A DNA stretch of 64,000 bases from Zygnema circumcarinatum SAG 698-1b (taxonomy: Eukaryota > Plantae > Zygnematophyceae): contig CM074812.1 in the NCBI GenBank assembly GCA_037447605.1, forward strand, positions 992,001-1,056,000, written 5' to 3'. Below the pieces are notes generated by a model. It did no database searches and was not told where the DNA came from. It saw only the letters and a program-made list of their open reading frames with translations. This document shows positions 1 through 11,214 of this stretch, in pieces. Both the position numbers and the translations under genes were made by a program. Position 1 is the first letter of the stretch, and the number at the start of each line of letters is the position of its first letter.

Positions 1-380
1 CGAAGCAAAACGCAGAAGTAAAATTCCGCATCTAATTCCAGTAGCCTAGACTGTTGATAACAGCATATTCAGTTTAGCTTCCACCTGACCAATGTGCAGA
101 TGTGTCGTTCCACACAACGGAGCAACCCCAATTAGGCGACGAGGTCATCCTCTACCTATACCAGCTAAGTCTTTTAAGAAGCTTACGGTTGAAGTATCAG
201 CATTCGGCAAAGCCTCCCGAACTGCACAGTTCTTTCAGACGATCGAGTAGCAACAATACTTATGCAGGACTGGCCCTGTTATGGTAAGATAGCTACTATC
301 CTTCACTACAAAACAAGCAGAACGCTTGAACTTCAGAGGCAAAACCGCAAAAGAACTAAAACAGTAGCCGCCTGGGTATT

Positions 381-463
381 GGATCAGACTGACGTGCAAA
401 TGTGTCAATCCTCATAATGGGCGAGCCCAAATAGGACTGGGGCGACAAAGGTCATCATCACCT
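381..463 (-). ncRNA. Box C/D snoRNA in RPS7 intron, likely snR72/snoR72Y-type guide
   Basis: Minus strand has C box ATGATGA (452-458), C'-like ATGAGGA and D box CTGA (384-387). The 14 nt just upstream of D (ATTTGCACGTCAGT, 388-401) are complementary to the conserved LSU rRNA segment ACUGACGUGCAAAU. The D+5 rule points to the A of CUGAC (yeast Am876 equivalent). Confidence 0.7.
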
Positions 464-632
464 CCAATACTCAAACCTTCCTGGCATGATTGATCGATTG
501 ATCAACCAAAAAATGTGTGACAAAACTTAAATACTGTTCACCATTTAAACCCTCTTAACTCCCTTCACCTTCCCCAAGCTCACGCTCTCCTCCTCTCACA
601 TTTAATGCAAGCGGTGCATGCATGCAGCTCAC

Positions 633-707
633 CTGAGCCACCGTTTCCTCCAATTCATCAGGTTCCAACCCCTTCTCCTTTTGAATCTTCCTCCGTGCTG
701 TTAACAT
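633..707 (-). CDS. RPS7: 40S ribosomal protein eS7, first coding exon (gene runs off the left edge)
   Basis: Minus strand reads MLTARRKIQKEKGLEPDELEETVAQ followed by a GTGAG donor at 632, matching the plant RPS7 N-terminus (M-x-T-A-R-K-K-I-x-K-x-K-G-x-E-P...E-E-x-V-A-Q). An upstream acceptor (ctacag) near 730 suggests a 5'-UTR intron. Confidence 0.85.
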
Positions 708-1376
708 GGTGCTGCAGCCCCGCGTCCTGTAGAAACAAAGCAGCGCACTAGACCATTAGGAGAAGCTGAAAAAGCGTCTCATATGGTGCAGTAAAAACTC
801 TGGCACGTGAGAACAAGAGACTGAATCATAGGAAAACAGAGATACCCAAAAAAAATGCCTGGTGAGTGCAACTTGAGATGAGTTTCTGAAGAAGTTTGCA
901 ATGTGGGGGATGCAACATGAGCACTTGATTCCCTTCCGTTGAGGAAGAGAACTGCTGCTGAACTGGCTCAATTACATGCCAAACCTGAACCTTCAAGAGG
1001 TTTGGCGGAAACTGAGTGAACAGAGAGCCTCAAACCCTGCTAAAACTTTGGGCCCATGCTTCCAGACTTCGAATTGTGGGTCCAAAATGGACCACCAGGA
1101 AAGCACACTCTGTTTTCGTATGGTCGCATCAACATCACCAGCAGGGTACATCAACGCAGTAAAACCCTAATTTGCAAACATTCACGACCGGTGCCGGCTG
1201 TCCATAAAACCAGGCTACTTACTTTCACAGAATTCAATCACATAAACTCTAATCCTGATAGGCCTTACGGCCTATGTTACCCCGCATTCGCCTTCCCCCC
1301 TCCCACTTCCCACGTGCCATGGACGTCTAAACGGAGAAACAAGCGGCTTTCAGCGAGAATGTGTTATCGCGAAAGC

Positions 1377-1470
1377 GGGCCCATGAAAGAGAGTGCAGAA
1401 AGAGAGGGAGAGAGAAAATGCGAGGCCCAAAAGTTCACATAACCCTAAACTACAACCCTACCCTACCCTA
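1377..1470. promoter_or_regulatory. Site II (GGCCCA) and telo-box-like (AACCCTA) motifs upstream of RPS7
   Basis: GGGCCCA at about 1378, AGGCCCA at about 1423, and TAACCCTAAA plus (CCCTA)n at 1440-1475. This motif pair is typical of plant ribosomal-protein promoters. Short motifs only. Confidence 0.35.
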
Positions 1471-2029
1471 CCCTATACAGAGCTCAACAGTCTCCAACTG
1501 AAAGAGCAGGAAGCCTTTACTGCTATGCCGGTGTGCATGTTGCAACAGGGCGGCCTTGGCGGCAGGTGCTCACCTCTAGAGGGCGCGCTGCGAGCAGGAG
1601 AGGGAGCCCGGACGGAGCCTCGCGGGGGAGGAGGCGCGGCGGAAAGGGCCGGCGCGGAGGGCTGCAACCTCTTTATACTTGTCCAACCCTAAAATTTGGA
1701 CAGCGGCAGCCGTCGATTGGCACCACGTGGAACCATCTGGACCGTTGGTTGGATCGGAGCTCGGCCCTGAACCCTCTGACGAGCTGCGTGCGTCACATGA
1801 TGGCTGAATAGCAGGCGGTTTATATGTGCAGTTCTTTGGGTCCCGTTACAGTTCGCAGTTCCTAGTTCACCGTTTAACAGGTAACTGGTTTGCTCAAAGT
1901 TCTCACGACGGCCTTCTCTGCAGTTCAGTTACGGCGAGATGCTAAAAATGAAATATGATTCCAGTTATAAAGTTCTCCATGGGCTCTGTACGGATATTCT
2001 TTTTCCCCATTTCCATTGGTGACGAGCAA

Positions 2030-2338
2030 CAGCCCATGGATGGCAATGGTTGGACGTCTAATGGTTGGCAACCAGTCGAATGGTTGTCAACCATTGGCAG
2101 CCACTGGTTCCGAACCATTCGAATGGTTATTCCGATCTGGCGCCAATGGTTGGCAACCATTCGAATGGTTGGCAAGAATTGGCATGCACTGATTCCGAAT
2201 GGTCGTTTCGATCTGCCACCAATGGTTGGCAACCATTCGAATGGTTGCCAAGCACTGCGAACCATTTGAATGGTTGTTTCCATCCGGCGCCAATGGTTGG
2301 CAACCAGTCGCATGGTTGGCCTTTTGGTCCGACCTGTG
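2030..2338. mobile_element. Older, truncated copy of the foldback-like palindromic family
   Basis: Diverged TGGTT-N3-AACCA modules ending in GGTCCGACCTGTG, the reverse complement of a CACAG-type terminus. No left terminus or TSD found. Confidence 0.6.
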
Positions 2339-3494
2339 GAACCCTAATTTCCTCGAACCCATGTCCGCGAGCACGCGCGAGGCGCGGCGGGAAAAGCGCG
2401 GGATAGCCGTTGAAGAATACCGTACTGTACCAGCGATATGGTATTCGAGATATTTTTGCGATATCCCGGACAGTATTCCCGGTATACAATCCGATATTCT
2501 GGCTCCTGGTCGCGATATCCCTACACACGTGCCATTAACCGAAGCGAGTGTGAATCTGAGGGTCTGATTGGTTGATAGCCGCTGGCGAGTTGATTTGGGT
2601 GGTGCGGTGAGTCCCGGGAGGTGCCCGCAACGCCGAGTCGGTCACGACGCGGTTCCATGGAGCGGTTTGGCGTCCTTTGTGACGCGCTTCCGGGCTCCAG
2701 GAGATTCAGGACGACCTATGGACGACGTGGCGCTTACGTGGCTACCACAAAGGCTCTAACCAATCGTGTACCGTCACGTGGTTGGCGACCAGATGTGACC
2801 GCCGCGCGCTGATAGCAGAGCTTGGACCAAATTGGCGGCGACGGACACGTGGCTTGTGCTTATTTGCTGCAACTTCAAACGGCGGTCACGGCAGTGGCAC
2901 GCAAGTGTCATTAAGAAAAATCCACGTGTCGACGTAGGATTGGATCGTTCTGTGGAACTCGTAAAAAAAAAATCGAGACAGGTCGGACCATTGGATCTGC
3001 AACCATTGGACGTCCAACCATTGGATACCAATGATTCACAACCATTCGAATGGTTGGCAACCATTGGCATCCAATTGTCGCGACCATTGGCATGCTTGTT
3101 TGATCTGACGGAAATGATTGGAACCATTGCCAATTGCTGGCTGGGTCGCAAATCAATGGTTGGCAACCAGTCGACTGGTTGCCAACCAGTGGCATCCACT
3201 GGTTCCAAACAGTCGAATGGTTGCCAACCAGTGGCATCCACTGGTTGGCAACCAGTCGAATGGTTGTTTCGGTCCGCAACCACTGGTTGGCAACCAGTCG
3301 ACTGGTTTGGAACCAGTGGATGCCACTGGTTGGCAACCAGTCGAATGGTTGTTTCGATCTGGCTGCACTGGTTGGCAACCAGTCGACTGGTTATATCCAT
3401 TAAATCAAATGGTTGGCAACCATTAAATCACTAGTTGTAGCGAACTGAACGCTACAGCTACCAAAATGCCGTCGGCGTTTCGGAGAAAACTATT

Positions 3495-4208
3495 CCCAGA
3501 TCGGACCATTAGACAAACCAGTCGACTGGTTGGCAACCAGTGGTTGCCGACCGAAACAACCATTCGACTGGTTGCCAACCAGTGGATGCCACTGGTTCCA
3601 AACCAGTCGACTGGTTGCCAACCAGTGGCATCAACTGGTTCCAAACCATTCGACTGGTTGCCAACTAGTGGTTGCGGATCGAAACAACCATTCGACTGGT
3701 TGCCAACCAGTGGCATCCACTGGTTCCAAACCAGTCGACTGGTTGCCAACCAGTGGTTGCGGACCGAAACAACCATTCGACTGGTTGCGAACCAGTGGCG
3801 CAGGACTGAAACAACCATTCGACTGGTTCGGAACCAGTGATCCAATGGTTGGCAACCATTAAATTGTCGGTGTACGGATCCCCGTATTGTCGATATACTG
3901 TAAATATTTTCCGTACGATTTTCCGGCATTTTTTGATTTAATGGATATAACCATTCGACTGGTTGCCAACCAGTGCTGCCGGATCGAAACAACCATTCGA
4001 CTGGTTGCCAACCAGTGGATGCCACTGGTTCACAACCAGTCGACTGGTTGCCAACCAGTGCCGCCGGATCGAAACAACCATTCGACTGGTTGCCAACCAG
4101 TGGCATCCACTGGTTCCAAACCAGTCGACTGGTTGTCAACCAGTAGACGTCCAACCATTGCCATCCAATGGTTGTCCAATGGTTGCCGATCCACTGGTCC
4201 GAACTGTG
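3495..4208. mobile_element. Foldback-like element nested in the spacer of the same family
   Basis: Termini CCCAGATCGGACC and GGTCCGAACTGTG. 8-bp TSD AAACTATT at 3487-3494 and 4209-4216. The empty site (GAAAACTATTACGGTT) is present at about 16397-16412. Confidence 0.9.
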
Positions 4209-4292
4209 AAACTATTACGGTTCGGCCGTACATAGTCTCCGTACAACCGTACGAATTGGCTGTACGGATCCGTACGCATCTGTACGCATCAG

Positions 4293-5177
4293 CAGGCCTC
4301 TTCAAATAGGGGATTTCGGCTTAAGATAGGGGACTGTCCCCTAACTTGGTTTTGTAAAAACACGTAAATATGGACTGTACGGACGAAACCGTACACGTAC
4401 GGACGAGAATTTTGTGGAGACCTTGCTTCATCATTTCCCAACATTGCTACCGTCGAGTCTGATTTTTCAGTAATTGGATGGGAGAAAGACGAGTTTCGAA
4501 AGAGGTTGACAGACTTTTCATTGGAAGGCATTCTTCACTGCAAACAGTTTGATAGTTTGAACACTCTTCGAGGGTCTCTTTGAGTAGTTTGCATCACTTC
4601 TATAGCTGTCTTGTTCAGCCTAAAACTCCTAAGGGAGTGAGACCATTTTTCAATTCATTTCTAATTTTAGTTCCTATTTCAGTTTTTCTTTTGTGACTAC
4701 ACCTAGAATTTCAGAGGTTATGATTTGGAATAGAGTTTTTGTGAGGAAATTTCAAGACTATGATGGATTCTAAAGTGATACTTGGAGTAATTAATGATGG
4801 ATGGAAAAGGAAATAGAGAGCTTAGGATTGGATCTACAAAGTTTCAGTGCAATTGGGTTTTTGAATAAGCAACTATATGTTGTGATTGCCAAATGCACAG
4901 TTGTTCTAATTGATTGGTAAAATTTACCAATCTATAAGAGTCGAAGAGGTTGCACCAGTTTCTAAAGCCGTGTTGTTATACCAACAAGTAAAGTTCATAT
5001 TCATCATTGCTATCGTGGTTGCAACTGCAATTCATTTCCTTTTTGTTTTTAACCAAAAAAATGCTTTTTTGGGGCTTGTGTGGTATTTAAGTTGAAATCA
5101 CGTAAACTAATCTCACAATCTTACATAAATAAGCTATTTACGATATTTAGGGGATCTCCCCTATTTGAAGAGGCCTG
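4293..5177. mobile_element. Non-autonomous hAT-like element (MITE), 885 bp
   Basis: Perfect 21-bp TIR CAGGCCTCTTCAAATAGGGGA. 8-bp TSD CGCATCAG at 4285-4292 and 5178-5185. Empty site GTACGCATCAGGCTTG at about 16472-16487. No transposase ORF. Confidence 0.9.
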
Positions 5178-5716
5178 CGCATCAGGCTTGTTACACTAGT
5201 TGTCAACGGTTGGCAACCCACCAAAAAACACATAGGGCCCATTTTTGCAAAAAGGCATAATTTCAGAAATTCAATGGTTGCCAACCATTGGATCACTGGT
5301 TCCGAACCAGTCGAATGGTTGTTTCAGTCCTGCGCCACTGGTTCGCAACCAGTCGAATGGTTGTTTCGGTCCTGAGCCACTGGTTGGCAACCAGTCGAAT
5401 GGTTGTTTCGGTCCGCAACCACTGGTTGCCAACCAGTCGACTGGTTGCCAACCAGTGGCATCCACTGGTTCCAAACCAGTCGAATGGTTGTTTCGGTCCT
5501 GAGCCACTGGTTGGCAACCAGTCGAATGGTTGTTTCGGTCCTGAGCCACTGGTTGGCAACCAGTCGAATGGTTGTTTCGGTCCGCAACCACTGGTTGCCA
5601 ACCAGTCGACTGGTTTGTCTAATGGTCCGATCTGTGAAAACCTGTCCTCATGGAACCCCAAGACGCGTCGCACACGACGGCGAGCCTTTTCATGGAAGCC
5701 CTCCCTCAGTTTCTTT

Positions 5717-5809
5717 GTACTGTACGTCATGTGTACAGTACAGTAGCTTACAGTACAGTACTGTACTGTACACTACCGTACATTGCTCGTGTACCGTACG
5801 GCAATGTAC
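5717..5809. promoter_or_regulatory. Dense GTAC cluster upstream of the PPR-SMR gene
   Basis: 12 GTAC tetramers counted in 93 bp, about 370-460 bp upstream of the ATG at 6180. Function not shown. Confidence 0.35.
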
Positions 5810-6179
5810 GATCCCGCACTTGTTAATTCGCCCCTTCCCCAGTTCCGCCCGGCGGTGCATCACAACCGCTCGACCTGCGGAGTTCAGAGGCACCTTCCGC
5901 CCGCCTTCCAGACCCGGCCTCCCTCTCCCTCCCTCAATCCCTCCCCTCTCTCCCTCTCTCTTCCCCTCCCTCCCTTTTCCCTCCCTCTCCCTCTCCCTCC
6001 CTCCCTCCCTCCCTCCCATATTCCTCTCCCNNNNNNNNNNTCCCTCCCTCCCTCCCTCCCTTCCATCTCCTTCGCCGTCCCTCTACCATCCTCCTTTCTC
6101 CTCCCACCTCCTCCAGCTCTTCCTTCTTTCTGCTCCTCTCCGTCCCCTCCATTCGCAGCCTGCAAGAAAGGCCCTCAAC

Positions 6180-9100
6180 ATGGCCATGCTGAAGCCTAAG
6201 CATGTCTTTCCTTTGTACAAGAGCGCGCGTGCGGTCTTCGTTTCCGGAGCCTCTCAGAGCAACACGTGGCAGAGTCCACTTGATCAGAGCCAGTCTGCCA
6301 CCTCTGTCTGCGATGAGTCGAGGACAGACCCTCCGCCTCAGCTTCAAGACCTTCACTCCAGAGCTCCTCCACTTCCTTCCTCTCAAGCAGTCGCTTTCGA
6401 TAGGAAGATCTCTCCCCCGCGCCCCTCTACCTCGGCGATGCTCGGCTCTGCCACTCTCAGCCGCCCCCCTCCCTACATTCCTGTCCCTGAGCAGCTCTTC
6501 AAGCAGGGAACAGTCATTCCCACAGCTCGCGGTTCTGCTTTTCTTCCTGAATTCGCAAGGCAGCTGCATTCAGGAAGCGAGGGAGCAAAGCAGGTGGTGG
6601 AGAGTCTGCTCCCCGGAAGAGAAGGCATGGCTTCTCTGCATGGCAGCATTATTTCAGGTGCAGCTGGAAGGAATGCAGTGAAGGAATTTGTGAGTTCAAG
6701 CGCCGGTTCCAGCCCAGCAGACCCCTCAAGCAGGTTCCGTATCTCTCAAACTCGACAAGCTTCCGCTGTTCGTGTACAGCTTGGAAATGTAGAGAAGTGG
6801 GGCCAGTCTGCTCCTGCTACTCCCATTCCAAACATTCCAAGTGTCCCCAATGTTTCAAACTTGCCCAATGTTTCGACTTCTAACGTTTCTGCAGCTATTT
6901 CAAGTGCAAGTGCTCCCCTCCCTCCTTACACTGTAGTGCCCTCATCGTCTTCTTTGAACCTCTCTGGTTTGCCATCCACTAGCTCAACTATTGTGAGTGT
7001 TTCAAAAGACGGGATAGCGTCGTCTTTGGTTGATTCACCTCCAGCTTTGAAGGAGGACGCTTCAATCAATGTTCAAACTTCCGATGTGAAGAGTGCTTCC
7101 TTGGGGTCCTCAGTTTCAACATCTACCAGCAGTGCGGAGCTTATAGCTGGGTCAAATGCTTTTTCCCGATTAGGCCAAGAACATGCCTTACCAGCAAATA
7201 GCACAACGAGCAAGTCAAACCTATCTGCGGATGCACCTGCATGGACCCCTCCAACCGCAGGTCCCGTGCTTAGTGCTCAAAATGGCCATGCTAACCTGAT
7301 ACAGGGGACACAGTTCTGTGAGGATGACTCTAGTAAAGGGGTTTTAGGTCCAGAACCTGCAATTTTATCGCTAGATAGTGGTACGCTCCAATCGAAAGGA
7401 AGGTGCACAACTCGGCAGTCTCCTAAATCAAAGCCTATTGTTTCAGCTAGCATGGGGGTGGCTCGGAGGCGTAGCAAAGAACGGACAATAGATTGCGAGA
7501 CTGGCTCAGGAAGTGCCTCTCTATCTTCAAAAATGCTCTTCAACTCAGCGGGGCATATTGAGCAGAACGAGGAGAACAGTACAGGCGGGATGGGTGGAGC
7601 AGCTGCACGTATCTACAGTGGCAGGAATGGGAAACGTGGGAAGCCGCAAGCCATCCAATCTCACCCGTTTCACGCAAAACGAATGCCTAGCCATGCCATG
7701 GTAGTACGTGATATCTGTCAAATTCTAAAGAGGGACTTACAGACACGTGCATTTGTGCCGAGTTCTTCCGAGGGCATCCTTGAACATAATGACCTTTTTT
7801 CAGCTTTAGAAGAATGGAAGGGCATTATTACTGCGTATCACGTCTGTGATGTCCTGAAGCAGGTCACTGACCCCAATGTTGCCATGGCTTTCTTCAACTG
7901 GGCTTGTGAACAACCCCATTTCAGAGCTGATGTTTATGTATACACCACAATGATTGGAGTCATGGGGCGTGCGAAAAACTTAGATGCTGTTGGACAATTG
8001 CTGGAAGAAATGAAGGAAAAAGGATGCCAGCCGAATGTGGTAACATATAACCGGGCAATGCACGCGTATGGTCGCGCCAACATGATGAAAGAAGCGCTAG
8101 AACTGAAGAAGCAGATGGAAGAAGAGGGGTTGTTTCCGGACTCCGTCACACACAGGTATTGTTCATATGCCCTAGTCAGAGGTTGGCTTGTAAAGAGCAG
8201 ACTTCATTCCAAAAGGGGAAAACACCTTAGCTTGCTATAAAGTCATTGCAGTCGTGGCACTGTTCTTCATCGTTCCAAATGTTAGGGATTCTGGCTGGCT
8301 GGTTAGGTCGCACTTCTGAACTGAATTTGAATTTGTTGGGAGACAGCTGCAGAGAGGTTTAGGATTTCACCTTTCTGCCACGCTTCCTAACAAACTTGAA
8401 AGTGAGACTTGTTGAAGGAATGTTGAAGTTGTAACAATCTTCTGTGGAATTACCATTTAGTCCAATCACTCAGCATTGACGCAAAGCGACGAAGTGCTCT
8501 GCTGAAAGTCGAATGAATGGAACAACAAGTTCTGAGTTTACTGGTAGGCGCATCAGCAGGGCATGTCAGATTTTAAAATTATAAGTACTACTGAAGAAAA
8601 AAGTTCTGTCAATTTGATACGAAATCGTATACTGAAGAGCAATCTTCCGTTCGATCTGACGTGCCCTAATGGAGTACATGCATCTTCATATGGAAATGGA
8701 AATTACTGAGCAGGAAACTAGCAACTTTTTTGATTAGTGCAGAGTAGCAGGGTGATATCAGGCGATCAAAACCTGACTTCTGGTCTTCATTTTTTTGTTT
8801 TTGTGTGCAGCACCCTCATCGACATTTTCAGTAAAGCGGGGATGCATGGCAGAGTCGTAGAGATTTATGAAGACTTGAAGGCAACAGGATTCACAGCTGA
8901 TAATGTTGTGCTGACGATGCTTATGAACTCATATGGTCGATTGGGATATTGGATGAAAGCAATGAATATCTTTGAGGAACTCTCAACCAATGGAAATGTT
9001 CCTGGTATGATTTCTTGGAACACTATCATCGACATTTTTGGAAAAGCTGGAAAGCCCAACATGGCTCTTAAGGCATTCCATGATATGATCAACGCAGGAT

Positions 9101-10110
9101 TGAAACCTGACGTGCTCACCTACAGCACTATCATTGACATCTGCGGGAAGTGTGGACAGTATTCGCAAGCAGAGGAGCTCTTTGAGAAAATGGTGGAGGA
9201 AGGGCACATTCCTGATAACATTGCCTGGAATACTCTCGTGCAAATGTGGGGGAAAGCAGGTCATCCAAAGCGTGCTGCAAGCTGGTTTAGGAAGATGCTG
9301 CAGGCAGGAATTCATCCCACAGTTCCCTCCTTCAACACTCTCATCCACTCCTTTCTGAGAGGTGGTCTCTTCGACGAGGCAAGGCTGGTATTCAATCTCA
9401 TGCAAAAAAGGGGCTTCCAGCCAAGCCTGAATACGTACACACTCCTACTGACTGAATGCACCACCTCCTCAGATGCCTATGTAGTGAACATGCTCGTCGA
9501 TCTTCTGCAGTTGAGTGGTCATCCCGTGCATGGCATGCTGAAGGCGCTGCTGCAGGAGCCGGGAGGAGATGAGGAGATGCTCTGGGAGGAAGTGAACGGA
9601 TATTGGGAAAAAATTCAGTGTGAAGAGAGCGAAGCTCGACGAGCTTTTTCAGACTCTGTAATCTCCTTTTTGACTAAGTATGGCTTCCATGCCCGGGCGG
9701 GCCGTGTGTGGGAGGAGGCCCGGCAGAGGAGTGTGTGGCCTAATGCTAGGTTGGACCAGGTACAGAGTAATCCAAGAATGTGGCATCTCGACCTTCACGC
9801 AATGTCGAGCAGCACTGCAGTTGTAGCCGTATGTACGGAATTGAACGCTCTGCGGAGCCAAGCTCTCCACCCAGGAACAAATCCTTTTCCGAAGGTTCTG
9901 CAGATAATCACTGGGAGGGGAAACCGCAGTAGGGTGAAGGGTCTCTCCATGCTCAAATCTGAAGTGCTCGACTTTCTTTCTCTGATGAAGTCTCCTTTTG
10001 GGGAGGATTCTATGAACCCGGGAAAGCTTCGAGCTCCGGGAGAGGCCGCACGTGATTGGCTGTTGAGTGAGGAGACTGGGCACCGGCTGCGCTTGCAAGA
10101 TGGAGTGTAG
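6180..10110 (+). CDS. Pentatricopeptide repeat protein with C-terminal SMR domain (At1g18900/At1g74750-like); exons 6180-8155, 8811-10110
   Basis: Long Ser/Pro-rich N-terminus followed by P-class PPR motifs (ADVYVYTTMIGVMGRAK, PNVVTYNRAMHAYGRAN, PDVLTYSTIIDICGKCG). SMR motif LDLHAMS...TAV...IITGRGNRSRVKG. Phase-2 GT-AG intron 8156-8810 restores the frame. Start codon (6180 or 6186) is uncertain. Confidence 0.9.
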
Positions 10111-10960
10111 GAGGGTTAGAAGCGCAGCTCTGGAGCTGTTCGGCTGTGCTTTCAAGCCACTGTATTTCTGTATGTAGAACGACGCATTTTTTCCTCAAAA
10201 AAGTCCTTCTGGAAACGATCCTGGGTTAGCCATAGTTTTCTGTTTGGTGAAATGTAAGCACATGTCAAAGTCATTGTTCACCACGAATGTAGGGTTCTCA
10301 ACATGAAAGCATTTATGTAGTGTTGATCATTATGAGCCCTAATGAAGCTCGTGGTTTTCCCTTAACGGGCCATTGGAATTATTAGGGTTTGGGAATCTGA
10401 CAGAGGTTTTCGAATCGCTCTCATTGCCAAGACCTCGCTATTGTTGTTGAACATCGTTTTGGGCCCTTCAATTTGTTCATGAGATTAGCCAAGTTGCTGT
10501 TGGAGTTGCTTCAGACTTCTTGTATACAAACTTGAAAGTAAGGTCTAAAGGTTGTGCAAGGGCTTTCATTATTAGGGTTCCCAATGGCTCGCTGGACATT
10601 TTTAGGTTCCTAGATCTGCCAGTTTTCAGAAAAACAGCCGGCAACAAAGAACTGTGCTTGACGCGAAATAATTACTGAATACCCACCCACATGGAAAGGT
10701 TGCGAAACCTGCAATTTCAGTACATGTTGATTATTTTTCAACAGAACGAAAAGGAATGCCTGCAATTGAATGATCGAAATACCTCAATCTTTGGTTCCAA
10801 CTTTCTGTCCCTTTCCCTTCAGCAGTCGACACCCAGATGGCTGCCAATTGTTGGGCCCAATCCCTCCCCGACCGCCGCCCCCTACTTGCCCTCTCCTCCG
10901 AATGCAACCCGGTTCCGATCTCACTGTCGTCCAAGATATGCAGACAGCTTAAAAAATCCT

Positions 10961-11004
10961 ATAACCCTAAACCTTTAAAACCCTAAAACCCTAAGCCTAA
11001 AAAC
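10961..11004. repeat. Short interstitial telomere-like / telo-box cluster
   Basis: ATAACCCTAAACCTTTAAAACCCTAAAACCCTAAGCCTAAAAAC: about 5 degenerate CCCTAAA(A) units. Confidence 0.5.
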
Positions 11005-11214
11005 TGTTTTTTGCTGAAATGCTTTCATCTTCATAATCCCTTTCGGAGTAAGCACATACCTCCTTTCTCCTCCTCTGCAACTGCAATATGCAAAAGTCCG
11101 CCCTGCGCCTGCAGGCTGAAGTTGTTTCAAGTAATTAAAACCTGTTACAGGTGGCCGCTTCCAAGAAGAGGCAGCAAGTATTGCACTGCATATCACCTCG
11201 TTCCTTGATGCAAC

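Larger units (their letters stand above)
2977..5636. mobile_element. Foldback-like element (about 1.05 kb once two nested insertions are removed)
   Basis: Left end GACAGGTCGGACC, right end GGTCCGATCTGTG, with palindromic arms at about 2977-3429 and 5275-5636. Its central spacer is homologous to the uninterrupted spacer at about 16339-16575. No intact TSD (AAAATCGA vs AAAACCTG). Confidence 0.7.

Noticed and set aside
1115-1135. GATGCGACCATAC on the minus strand resembling the 5' end of 5S rRNA
   Set aside because: The similarity stops after about 13 nt and no internal control region follows.
2500-2523. GCGATATCCCTA as a possible hAT right TIR
   Set aside because: No matching left TIR or TSD was found.
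3100-5636. CRISPR-like appearance of the regularly spaced palindromes
   Set aside because: The intervening sequences are repeated rather than unique spacers, there are no cas genes, the context is eukaryotic, and TIR/TSD structure explains the pattern.
1942-5746. Many overlapping Trp-rich ORFs (WQPVEWL..., also at 15409-17006)
   Set aside because: They arise in all six frames from 42-bp palindromic, stop-poor repeats of a TSD-flanked element. There is no coding signal.
5403-6179. N-terminal extension of the 945-aa ORF
   Set aside because: It runs through repeat arms, a GTAC array, a pyrimidine tract and an N gap. The plausible start is 6180 or 6186.
10680-11010. Telomerase RNA candidate (AACCCTAAACC template-like at 10963; CCCACAT at about 10688)
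   Set aside because: There is no properly spaced USE-TATA Pol III promoter, and the motif is part of a degenerate tandem tract.
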